DNA of 64,000 nt from Bacteroidales bacterium (GTDB lineage Bacteria > Bacteroidota > Bacteroidia > Bacteroidales > UBA12481): NCBI GenBank assembly GCA_041662065.1, contig JBAZTE010000004.1:197620-261619 (forward strand), written 5' to 3'. Under the pieces are notes generated by a model. That model did not search any database, was not told the DNA's origin, and saw nothing but the letters and a program-made list of their open reading frames with translations. This document shows positions 26,414 to 34,536 of this stretch, in pieces (position 1 is the stretch's first letter; every line of letters begins with the position of its first letter). A program made the position numbers and the translations under genes.

Positions 26414-26458
26414 AACCTGCAACCAGCAACCAGCAACCAGCAACCCGCAACCAGCAAC
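26414..26458 (+). repeat. GCAACCN heptamer array (about 6.5 units)
   Basis: AACCTGCAACCAGCAACCAGCAACCAGCAACCCGCAACCAGCAAC, inverted relative to 25953-26036. Confidence 0.9.
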
Positions 26459-26486
26459 AATATATAGACGCTAAATCCTGCCTCCA

Positions 26487-27569
26487 ATGGAAAAATCCCC
26501 ACCAAATCAAATCGACCTTTTCTCGATAGCCAAAACCTTGTGGCAGGGTCGGAAAACGGTCTTGTTATGGGTTATGATTGTTGTGATTGTTGGTTTGGTA
26601 ATTGCATTCTCCAGCCCCCGCGTTTACACAGCACGGACTGTTATGGTGCCGCAGGTGCAGTCGAAGAGTTCGGGCCTGGGGAGCCTGGGGAGTTTGGGAG
26701 GATTAGCGGCGATGGCCGGGATAAATCTGAGTAATCTGAATGCAGGCACAGAGGATATTTCACCGTTGGTGTATCCTGAGATTGTAAGAAGTTATTCGTT
26801 CCAGAAAGAAATTATGTATACACCACTCACCTGGAGATCGGTTGGTATGCCGGTCAGTTTGGTTGAGTATGTGCAGAAGTATCAGAGAATCGGATTATTT
26901 GGCAAGGTCAAGAAGGCCATTTTCAGGCTGCCGCGGACGGTTAAATCATGGTTTGCCAGGGAAGAAAGACCGATGGTTGCCGCTGCCGGTGATTCTTTAA
27001 CCCGGATCAGCGAAAACGAACAGGAATTGTGGGATGACATGTCTGAATCCCTGACCTTAAGCGTGGATAAGAAGAATGGTTTTATCACACTCACGGCATT
27101 GGGCCCCGAACCTCTGGTGACGGCCCAAATTGCCGATAAGGCAATGAACCTGCTGCAATCGAGGATCACGGAATTCCGCATCGAAAAGGCCCGGGAGAAC
27201 CTGAATTTCATACAGGGACGTTTCGATGACAAGAAAAAGGAATTTCAATCCACCCAGGATCGTCTGGCCCGCTTCCGCGACGGAAACCAGGGCATGAACT
27301 CCAACCGGGTGAAAACCGAGGAGGACCGTTTGCAAAGTGAATACCAGCTGGCATTCACGGTTTATTCGGAATTGGCAAAACAACTCGAGAGCGCTAAAAT
27401 TTCAGTAAAGGAGGACACCCCCGTTTTTTCAATCATCGAATCGGTTATTGTTCCGGTTAATCCTTCGAAGCCCAGGAAACTGGTGATTCTTATGTTTAGC
27501 TTCCTTTTGGGTGGTTTTTTAGGTATTGGTTTCCTGTTTGCCAAACAGCATTGGAACGAAGCAACCTGA
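26487..27569 (+). CDS. Wzz-type chain-length determinant protein (copy 2)
   Basis: 360 aa, colinear with 22427-23536 (..RKT.L......G...A..SP..YTA.TVMVPQ.. and ..ITEFRI.KA...L.FIQ.R..). Roughly one-third identical by eye. Confidence 0.8.
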   Translation: MEKSPPNQIDLFSIAKTLWQGRKTVLLWVMIVVIVGLVIAFSSPRVYTARTVMVPQVQSKSSGLGSLGSLGGLAAMAGINLSNLNAGTEDISPLVYPEIVRSYSFQKEIMYTPLTWRSVGMPVSLVEYVQKYQRIGLFGKVKKAIFRLPRTVKSWFAREERPMVAAAGDSLTRISENEQELWDDMSESLTLSVDKKNGFITLTALGPEPLVTAQIADKAMNLLQSRITEFRIEKARENLNFIQGRFDDKKKEFQSTQDRLARFRDGNQGMNSNRVKTEEDRLQSEYQLAFTVYSELAKQLESAKISVKEDTPVFSIIESVIVPVNPSKPRKLVILMFSFLLGGFLGIGFLFAKQHWNEAT

Positions 27570-27573
27570 CGTG

Positions 27574-28833
27574 ATGAGTCAATTCCGTTCAGGCATTGTT
27601 GGAAAGATTCGCCGGCATGGGGGTATTATCCAGAATTTTTCCTACCTGTCTGTCATCCAGCTGGTTAATCTCCTGGTAACCCTGGCAACCTATCCTTTTC
27701 TAATCCGGGTGCTCGGAAAGGAAGTGTTCGGATTGGTGGTGTACGCGCAGGCGATCATAACCTATCTGGTTGTACTCATCAGTTTCGGATTCCAGATCAG
27801 TGCAACACGGGAAGTTTCCATTCACCGGAATGATCCACGGAAGCTTAATGAGATATTCAGCAGTGTTCTGATTTTAAAGGGTTTATTATTCCTCGCTTCC
27901 GTTGGCCTGTTATTCCTGATAACCTTATTCATCCCGCAGGCCCGTGAACATAAGGTTCTTTTCCTTCTGAGCATGTTTACCTGCTTTTATGAGTTTATCT
28001 TTCCTTTCTGGTTTTTCCAGGGGATCGAAAAGATGGGTTATCTGACCCTCATAACCCTCATAACCAAACTAACTTTCTTTATCCTGATATTCCTGTTCAT
28101 CCGCAGCAAAAAAGACTATCTGCTGGTACCCCTGTTTAATGGGATCGGGTCGGTTCTTGCCGGTGTTATTTCCATCTGGATTGCGGTGGTCCGTGAAAAA
28201 GTCCGTTTCAGTTTCCAGCCATTCCATCGTCTTTGGCACTACTTTCGGGAAAGCAGCGCCCTCTTTGTTTCGAATTTCGCCAATCAGGTTTATGTAAATG
28301 CCAATAAAGTAATCGTAGGACTTTCATTGGGTATGGGAGAGGTCGCCCTGTATGATCTGGCAGAAAAGATCGTCCTGGCCATGAAAATCCCTCAAAACAT
28401 GTTGAATCAGGCGATTTTCCCAAAAATAATCAAGGAGCGCAATGTGGCATTTTCGAAAAAAATTCTCCTGTATTCCATGGTTGGCCAGGCAGCTTTTTTC
28501 TTTCTTATAGTCTTAACGTCTTCGGTCTTAGTTCTTCTTCTCGGTGGCAGGGAAATGTCGCAATCTACCGGTTTGTTACGCCTGTTGGCCTTAACCGTTC
28601 CCGTTAATGCAATCAGCAGCTTCCTTGGAATCCAGTTCCTTGTGGCGCATGGATTTAAAAGACTCTATACGAGGGTCATCGTTTTGTCGGTCGTGTTGTA
28701 TGCTTTGATGTGCACCGGGTTATGGGTAAATGGTTCAATAAGCCTGATTTCGGTTATCCTGGCTACCATCGCGACTGAAGTATTTGGTTTGGTTGCGATG
28801 ATGGTTATGGTGGGGAGGAGGAGGTTGGGGTGA
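27574..28833 (+). CDS. wzx: Wzx-type oligosaccharide flippase (copy 1)
   Basis: About 420 aa with 12 or more hydrophobic helices. N-terminal NFSYLSVIQLVNLLVTLATYPFLIRVLG is typical of the polysaccharide-biosynthesis (Wzx) family. Confidence 0.8.
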   Translation: MSQFRSGIVGKIRRHGGIIQNFSYLSVIQLVNLLVTLATYPFLIRVLGKEVFGLVVYAQAIITYLVVLISFGFQISATREVSIHRNDPRKLNEIFSSVLILKGLLFLASVGLLFLITLFIPQAREHKVLFLLSMFTCFYEFIFPFWFFQGIEKMGYLTLITLITKLTFFILIFLFIRSKKDYLLVPLFNGIGSVLAGVISIWIAVVREKVRFSFQPFHRLWHYFRESSALFVSNFANQVYVNANKVIVGLSLGMGEVALYDLAEKIVLAMKIPQNMLNQAIFPKIIKERNVAFSKKILLYSMVGQAAFFFLIVLTSSVLVLLLGGREMSQSTGLLRLLALTVPVNAISSFLGIQFLVAHGFKRLYTRVIVLSVVLYALMCTGLWVNGSISLISVILATIATEVFGLVAMMVMVGRRRLG

Positions 28834-28836
28834 AGT

Positions 28837-28890
28837 GGGTTGCGGGTTGCAAGTTGCTGGTTGCAAGTTGCTGGTTGCTGGTTGCTGGTT
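28837..28890 (-). repeat. GCAACCN heptamer array, complement orientation (about 8 units)
   Basis: GGGTTGCGGGTTGCAAGTTGCTGGTTGCAAGTTGCTGGTTGCTGGTTGCTGGTT, starting 4 nt after the wzx stop. Confidence 0.9.
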
Positions 28891-28940
28891 AGACAAGGCA
28901 TTCAGTGGGATAATTTGTGAAATAATTCAGGTCATTTTTT

Positions 28941-30269
28941 GTGTCAATTAGTGGAAGTAATTCTGTCCGTTGGCTGAAGAATGTCAACCCTGCAGAATGG
29001 GTTGATTTCCTGCTGATCAGCTATTTGTATTGGGTGGCGTTCGAGTGGACCATTCTTTCGAGGTTGGGGAATTACGGACTGATACAGGTGATCAGGAATA
29101 CGGTTGATCTGATTCCGATTGTCCTTTTACTGATCAGTATCATTGTTCTGAATCCAAAATTCAAAAGCCCTGAACTCAGGATATTCTCCGGTTTCGCCTT
29201 AATCATCATACTTTCGGCGATATCCTTGATTCTTGAGAGTACTGGGATCGCTCCTGTAACCGGCTATATCGGTGTTACAGTAAGATTTGTTCCGCTCATT
29301 GTTCTGGTCAGGTATACCAGCGTTGATTTTCAGCGGAAGTTGTTTAGTCAGGTAAGGATCATTTACTGGCTGCTCGCTGGACTCGGCCTGCTGAGTTTGT
29401 TCGGCAAAGATTGGTTCAACGGTCTTTTCCTGCCTTCGGTGGATGTTTTCGGTGAGGTAGTACCCACCACCTACAAGGATCCGGGAATAGGTGCCACGTT
29501 TATCAATACCGTAGAATTTGCCTTCTTTCTTCTCGGTCTTACGATTATCTATCTGGAGGGATCGCAATCAAAAAGGGAAAAGCTCTTTGTCAGCCTTCTG
29601 TCTTTTGTCTTATGTCTTTTGTCTTTCTCCATAGCTTCTGTCTTAGGTCTTTTTCTCATCTTCTTCCTCCGCAGTACCCGGAAAGTACTGGTAGCCACGG
29701 TTTTTACCGGATTGCTCATCATCGCTTTCCTGTTTTTCAATGGTTTTATCGTCCAGCTGCTCGGGATGGATATAAAATACTGGATTGAAATCTCGTCCGA
29801 GTTCAACCGGTTGGGCTACCTGACAAAAGTGTTCCCGGAGTTTTTGCACGGAGGCTTCAAGGATCTGTTCCTGGGAATGGGTTATGATGCCGGAGTGGTT
29901 GACCTGAAGTTGGCCAACTACCACAACACTCCGTTCGTGATGATCAACAACGAGAATAACCTGAAGTACCTGAAAGATGTATATTGGCTATCCATCCTGA
30001 TCGTCCAGGGATTCATCGCGTTCATTACCACTTTCTATATCCTGGTATCCGTTTGGATGGGCGCCGGGCGTGAAGGATCCGAAGCAAACTACCGGGCAGT
30101 AAAAATTTTTATTCTTTTGGCTTTATTCCTGGGGATGTTTAACCAGATTCTGGATATGAAAGCTTTTTCCTTTTGTTTCTGGCTGATGGCCGGAATGGCA
30201 CTGAATAAACCGGCTATTCTGACAGAGATATCGTTTGTTAAAACCCGTTTGTCGGGTGAAACCGCATGA
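28941..30269 (+). CDS. O-antigen polymerase/ligase-like (Wzy-type) polytopic membrane protein
   Basis: 442 aa with about 11 TM helices and a larger loop. Located between wzx and glycosyltransferases. GTG start. Confidence 0.55.
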   Translation: MSISGSNSVRWLKNVNPAEWVDFLLISYLYWVAFEWTILSRLGNYGLIQVIRNTVDLIPIVLLLISIIVLNPKFKSPELRIFSGFALIIILSAISLILESTGIAPVTGYIGVTVRFVPLIVLVRYTSVDFQRKLFSQVRIIYWLLAGLGLLSLFGKDWFNGLFLPSVDVFGEVVPTTYKDPGIGATFINTVEFAFFLLGLTIIYLEGSQSKREKLFVSLLSFVLCLLSFSIASVLGLFLIFFLRSTRKVLVATVFTGLLIIAFLFFNGFIVQLLGMDIKYWIEISSEFNRLGYLTKVFPEFLHGGFKDLFLGMGYDAGVVDLKLANYHNTPFVMINNENNLKYLKDVYWLSILIVQGFIAFITTFYILVSVWMGAGREGSEANYRAVKIFILLALFLGMFNQILDMKAFSFCFWLMAGMALNKPAILTEISFVKTRLSGETA

Positions 30270-31624
30270 AGAGACTGAAAGTACTGGTTTCAGCCCATGA
30301 ATTATCGCCATACCAGGGCTCCGAATGTGCAGTCGGGTGGAACCTGGTTACCCGGATAGCCCGTTATCACGACGTTACAGTTCTGTATGCGCGTGGCAGC
30401 CAGTTTTTCCCGGATGCTTACGAAACGGCCATCAGGAATTATTATACAGAGAACAAAAACGAGTTTAACATAAAATTTATTGCAGTTCCGCAACCCGATA
30501 CCACACTCTGGCTGGCAGCGATAAACAAGCGGATATCCAGGAACAGCTCCAGTATCGGCGTACCGTTTCTCTACTTCATCGGTTACCGGCTGTGGCAAAA
30601 AAGCGCCTACCGCATGGCCAAAACACAGGAACCATTTGACATCATCCATCATTTAACGTCCGTAACATTCAGAGAACCGGGTTATTTGTGGAGATTGCCA
30701 GTGCCCTTCGTATGGGGTCCAACGGGTGGAACCACAAATATTCCTATTCGTTTTTATCCGTTTATTGGGATCCGTGCTGCCAGTCATGAAGCTTTCCGTG
30801 CGATAACCAACCGACTGACACTTTGGTTCAGTTACAAGATTAGCCGGGCGATGAAAAAAAGCTCGCTGATCTACGCTTTTTCAGCGGAGGATCAGGCCTT
30901 GTTTCAAAGGAGGATGGTGAAGAGGGTGGAGGTGATGCTGGAGACCGGATGCGGGGAGGATGATGCAAGTTCCAATCAACCAGCAACCAGCAACCAGCAA
31001 CCTGCAACTTCCAATCATCTCCGCGTCCTCTGGTGCGGACGGTTGGTCAACTCTAAAGCGCTGGATATTTTACTTAAGGCCCTGGCAGGAGATCAGGATT
31101 TGATGAATCGGGTAAAGCTCACTATTGTGGGCGACGGTCCTTTGCGCAGTAAGTATGAAAAGCTGATCAAAAAGCTCTTCCCTCCAACCTGTAACCCGCA
31201 ACCTGCAACAAATATCTCTTTCACCGGCTGGCTCCCAAGGGATCAGGTAGTCCGCTGCATGAGGCAATCCGATGTGCTGGTCCATACCAGTTATCGGGAG
31301 GGTACCTCACACGTGATCCTTGAGGCACTATCTGCCGGCTTACCGGTAATCTGTCACGACATCAGTGGCATTTCCATCGCTGTGACCGGGGAATGCGGAA
31401 TCAAGGTTCCTTTAGTATCCTATAAAAAGAGCGTTCTCGGTTTCCGCGACGCGATTAGGGTTGCTAGTTGCAAGTTGCAAGATGCAAGTTGCTCCACACA
31501 AACTGCAACCGGCAACCTGCAACCTGCAACAAATCTCCGCTCGGGTGCCCTGAACAGGGCAAAAGAACTCTCCTGGGACTCGCTGGCCGAACGCATCTCC
31601 ACCGCTTATAATGATCTGCAATGA
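30266..31624 (+). CDS. GT4-family glycosyltransferase carrying three in-frame heptamer arrays
   Basis: GT-B layout. C-terminal domain ..VLWCGRLVNSKALDILLKAL.., ..SYREGTSHVILEALSAGLPVICHD.. (E-x7-E region). Confidence 0.8.
   Translation: MKRLKVLVSAHELSPYQGSECAVGWNLVTRIARYHDVTVLYARGSQFFPDAYETAIRNYYTENKNEFNIKFIAVPQPDTTLWLAAINKRISRNSSSIGVPFLYFIGYRLWQKSAYRMAKTQEPFDIIHHLTSVTFREPGYLWRLPVPFVWGPTGGTTNIPIRFYPFIGIRAASHEAFRAITNRLTLWFSYKISRAMKKSSLIYAFSAEDQALFQRRMVKRVEVMLETGCGEDDASSNQPATSNQQPATSNHLRVLWCGRLVNSKALDILLKALAGDQDLMNRVKLTIVGDGPLRSKYEKLIKKLFPPTCNPQPATNISFTGWLPRDQVVRCMRQSDVLVHTSYREGTSHVILEALSAGLPVICHDISGISIAVTGECGIKVPLVSYKKSVLGFRDAIRVASCKLQDASCSTQTATGNLQPATNLRSGALNRAKELSWDSLAERISTAYNDLQ
30969..31016 (+). 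repeat. GCAACCN array flanked by the 9-nt direct repeat TTCCAATCA, inside GT4 gene 1
   Basis: TTCCAATCA at 30969-30977 and 31008-31016. The 30 nt between is ACCAGCAACCAGCAACCAGCAACCTGCAAC. One repeat copy plus the array is 39 nt. Confidence 0.8.
31184..31210 (+). repeat. short GCAACCN array inside GT4 gene 1
   Basis: CCAACCTGTAACCCGCAACCTGCAACA is read as PTCNPQPAT. Confidence 0.7.
31458..31531. repeat. inverted pair of heptamer arrays (potential hairpin) inside GT4 gene 1
   Basis: GGGTTGCTAGTTGCAAGTTGCAAGATGCAAGTTGC (31458-31493) faces CTGCAACCGGCAACCTGCAACCTGCAACA (31503-31531). Read as VASCKLQDASCSTQTATGNLQPAT. Confidence 0.75.
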
Positions 31625-32871
31625 AGGTTCTCCTCATTAACAGGAATGACTTTGTGGATGGGGGAGCGGACCGGGTGTTTCTGAATACGTTTGATTTGTT
31701 GCAGGTTGCAGGTTGCGGGTTGCAGGTTGAGAAGTTTACAAGGGAAGATGTCGGGATGGAGACAATAGTTGATCCCCGCTCCTTATCAGTCTGGAAAAAG
31801 TTGCTGCATGTCAGAGACTATCTGTATAACCGTCGGGTGGCAGGTTGTCTGGATCGCAAAATCCAGGTGTTTCGTCCGGATGTGGCACATGTGCACCTGT
31901 TTTACGGGACCCTGTCAACCTCCATTTTAAAGGTTCTAAAAAAGAAAAAAGTACCGGTTGTCCTTACCGTACATGATTACCGGTTGCTTTGTCCGGCAAA
32001 TGCCATGCTCGACCGCCACGGACACATCTGTGAAAAGTGCTATAGAACAAAATATTATCAGTGTTTTATTAAACGGTGCTCCGGGGGAAATCTGTTTTTC
32101 AGCACAGTGATCATGCTGGAAGCCTACCTGAGAAAATGGATGTATAAACCAATAAAATTGATCGATCGCTTTATTTTCGTCAGTGATTTTAGCCGCAACA
32201 AGCATATTGAATTCGATCCGCGGTATATGGCAAAATCCATCCGGCTCTACAACATGGCCGACGAAAAACCTGGTATAATTCCAATAAAGGGTGACTATCT
32301 CCTCTTCTATGGAAGAATATCAAAGGAAAAAGGCCTGTTAACCCTGATCGAAGCAGTTAAAAACATTCAAGTAAAACTGATCATCGCCGGCCGCGGCCCT
32401 CAGGAAGAGGAAATAAAAAGACTGATAGACTATAAGACTATAAGACCCGCAACCAACAACCCGCAACCCGCAACCCGCAACCAGCAACCCGCAACCAGCA
32501 CCATCGACTTTGCCGGCTTCCTCTCAGGCAGCGAACTCGGGCAATTGATCCTTGGCTGCTCATTCGTGGTAGTTCCCTCGGAATGGTATGAAAACAATCC
32601 CATGACGGTGGTTGAGGCCTTCGCGCTGGGCAAGCCGGTCATCGGATCGCGGATCGGGGGGATACCCGAATTGGTAACTTCTGAAACCGGTTTTTTATTC
32701 GAACCCGGTAATCCTCTCTCACTGGCGGAGGCAATTGAAAAAGCTGTCAATCTATCCACAGAAAAATATAAAATGATGAGTGTTTCCTGCCGCGAATTTG
32801 CCAACATGAACTTTGACCGCAGGAAACATCTGGAACAACTTACCGGGATTTACCAACAAGTTGTGAATTGA
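31621..32871 (+). CDS. GT4-family glycosyltransferase carrying two in-frame heptamer arrays
   Basis: GGADRVF.., YGRISKEKG, PSEWYENNPMTVVEAFALGKPVIGSRIGGIPELV (E-x7-E). Confidence 0.85.
   Translation: MKVLLINRNDFVDGGADRVFLNTFDLLQVAGCGLQVEKFTREDVGMETIVDPRSLSVWKKLLHVRDYLYNRRVAGCLDRKIQVFRPDVAHVHLFYGTLSTSILKVLKKKKVPVVLTVHDYRLLCPANAMLDRHGHICEKCYRTKYYQCFIKRCSGGNLFFSTVIMLEAYLRKWMYKPIKLIDRFIFVSDFSRNKHIEFDPRYMAKSIRLYNMADEKPGIIPIKGDYLLFYGRISKEKGLLTLIEAVKNIQVKLIIAGRGPQEEEIKRLIDYKTIRPATNNPQPATRNQQPATSTIDFAGFLSGSELGQLILGCSFVVVPSEWYENNPMTVVEAFALGKPVIGSRIGGIPELVTSETGFLFEPGNPLSLAEAIEKAVNLSTEKYKMMSVSCREFANMNFDRRKHLEQLTGIYQQVVN
31696..31729 (-). repeat. GCAACCN array (complement orientation) inside GT4 gene 2
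   Basis: GTTGCAGGTTGCAGGTTGCGGGTTGCAGGTTG is read as LQVAGCGLQVE. Confidence 0.8.
32446..32502 (+). repeat. GCAACCN array (about 8 units) inside GT4 gene 2, preceded by a GACTATAA x2 octamer repeat
   Basis: CCGCAACCAACAACCCGCAACCCGCAACCCGCAACCAGCAACCCGCAACCAGCACC is read as RPATNNPQPATRNQQPATST. Confidence 0.85.
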
Positions 32872-32873
32872 CC

Positions 32874-33566
32874 ATGAAGCGCCTGATCAACACTATTGTC
32901 CGTAAGCTCGGAAGATCCGGCTACCGGTTGGATGACCATATCTCTTCTTACAGTCTTCTGGTCTTATTAGTCTCAAAGTCTTGCCAGCTGGTCCGGGGTT
33001 TGTGCCTCAAGGCTACGCTGAAAAAATCATCCGGACTGCTCTTTGTGGGCAGAAGATGCCGGATCAGGTACCGACACCTGATCACAACCGGAAAAACGCT
33101 GACTCTGGGTGATTATGTTGAAATCAATGCCCTCTCAAAAGCGGGGGTTCACCTGGGCGACAATGTGTCCATACTGAAAGGAACAATCATAGAATGTACC
33201 GGGGTCATGCGTAACCTGGGTGAAGGACTGACGATCGGGAACAATGTTGGGATCGCGCAGAACGGTTTTATCCAGGTCAGGGGGAAGGTGGTGATCGGCG
33301 ACAACGTCATTTTCGGACCGAATGTTTCCGTTTTCTCGGAGAATCACGTATTTGACAATCCGGATATCCCGGTTTCCATTCAGGGGGAGACCCGAAAAGG
33401 AGTCACCATTGAGGAAGGTGCCTGGATCGGCACCCGTGCTGTGATCCTCGACGGCGTAACGGTAGGCAGGAACAGCATTGTGGCCGCCGGGAGTATAGTC
33501 ACACGCGACGTGCCTGCATACACCGTGGTGGGCGGAGTGCCGGCGAAAGTACTTAGAAGCAGATAG
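32874..33566 (+). CDS. left-handed beta-helix (hexapeptide-repeat) O-acetyltransferase
   Basis: Hexapeptide repeats GDNV.I..G..I.., IGNNVGI, IGDNVIFGPNV, IGTRAVILDGVTVG, with C-terminal VGGVPAKV. Confidence 0.8.
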   Translation: MKRLINTIVRKLGRSGYRLDDHISSYSLLVLLVSKSCQLVRGLCLKATLKKSSGLLFVGRRCRIRYRHLITTGKTLTLGDYVEINALSKAGVHLGDNVSILKGTIIECTGVMRNLGEGLTIGNNVGIAQNGFIQVRGKVVIGDNVIFGPNVSVFSENHVFDNPDIPVSIQGETRKGVTIEEGAWIGTRAVILDGVTVGRNSIVAAGSIVTRDVPAYTVVGGVPAKVLRSR

Positions 33567-33614
33567 TTGCTAGTTGCTAGTTGCTAGTTCAACCAGCAAC
33601 CAGCAACCCGCAAC
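33567..33614. terminator. imperfect hairpin formed by (GTTGCTA)x3 facing (CAACCAG/C)x3.5
   Basis: Starts on the base after the TAG stop. The arms pair with about one mismatch per heptad. There is no T-tract, so terminator function is uncertain. Confidence 0.45.
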
Positions 33615-33637
33615 AAAAAGACCTCTAACACACTATC

Positions 33638-34531
33638 ATGAAACGAATCTACATCGCCGGATGCGGTGGTATGCTGGGTGATGCATTTTATGTGCGGTTT
33701 AAAGATACGTACAAGCTGAAATGCACCGACATCGATGTGAATTCCGACTGGCTTTCTTTCCTGGATTTCAGGGATTTGGAGGCCTACCGGAAAGATGTCA
33801 GGGAATTCAGGCCGGATTATCTGTTTCATTTGGGAGCGTATACTGACCTGGAGTATTGCGAAATGAATCCGGATGACACCTATCGTACAAACACTGAGGC
33901 AGTTGCGAATGCCGTTATAATCGCCAACGAACTGGATATCCCTTTGCTGTATATCAGCACTGCCGGGATCTTCGACGGCAAAAAGGATGTATATGATGAT
34001 TGGGATCTTCCCAATCCGATTGGTGTATATGCCCGGTCGAAGTATCTGGGAGAAAGGCATGTGGTGGAAAATGTTGAGAAACATCTGGTTTGCCGCGCCG
34101 GCTGGATGATGGGAGGTGGCCCGGGGAAGGATAAGAAATTCATCGGAAAACTGATGAGGCAGATCGGGGAGGGGAGCCAGGAACTGTTTATCGTGACGGA
34201 TAAGGATGGAACACCGACTTTTACCCATGATTTTGCCCTGAACGTGAAGGAACTCATCGAAAAGGAGCGCTGGGGGCTGTATAATATGGCCTGCGAAGGT
34301 TTTACCAGCCGGATGGAGGTTGCACAGGAACTGATCAGGTTACTGAACCTCCGGGAGAAGATTACCATCACCCCTGTTTCCTCGGATTACTACCGGGGAA
34401 CCTATTTTGCCCAGCGCCCTCCGAGTGAGCGCCTGGTAAACCGTAAACTGAGGAATCTCGGACTGAACCGCATGCGTAACTGGAGGATCGCACTGAAGGA
34501 TTATCTCGATAATCACTATTACGGGAATTGA
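33638..34531 (+). CDS. RmlD-like NAD(P)-dependent sugar reductase (SDR family)
   Basis: IYIAGCGGMLG (Rossmann fold), YARSKYLGE (YxxxK), about 297 aa as in dTDP-4-dehydrorhamnose reductases. Confidence 0.7.
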   Translation: MKRIYIAGCGGMLGDAFYVRFKDTYKLKCTDIDVNSDWLSFLDFRDLEAYRKDVREFRPDYLFHLGAYTDLEYCEMNPDDTYRTNTEAVANAVIIANELDIPLLYISTAGIFDGKKDVYDDWDLPNPIGVYARSKYLGERHVVENVEKHLVCRAGWMMGGGPGKDKKFIGKLMRQIGEGSQELFIVTDKDGTPTFTHDFALNVKELIEKERWGLYNMACEGFTSRMEVAQELIRLLNLREKITITPVSSDYYRGTYFAQRPPSERLVNRKLRNLGLNRMRNWRIALKDYLDNHYYGN

Positions 34532-34536
34532 GGACG

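Noticed and set aside
25953-26458. Possibility that the regular short repeats are a CRISPR array
   Set aside because: The unit is only 7 nt, directly tandem with no unique spacers. No cas genes are present, and the arrays occur inside ORFs.
26401-26505. N-terminal extension of the four-helix-bundle ORF (MVGIFPLEAGFSVYILLLVAGCWLLVAGCRLKIDT)
   Set aside because: The extension reads through the heptamer array. The family signature begins at MKSFRDLEIYQ (start at 26400).
33584-34228. Long antisense ORFs overlapping annotated genes (33584-34228, 33880-34371, 41533-42060, 9592-10119, 11938-12372, 5378-5935, 791-1321, 452-769)
   Set aside because: These are shadow ORFs opposite strongly supported genes in GC-rich coding sequence. 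Their translations are low-complexity or Arg/Pro-rich with no family resemblance.
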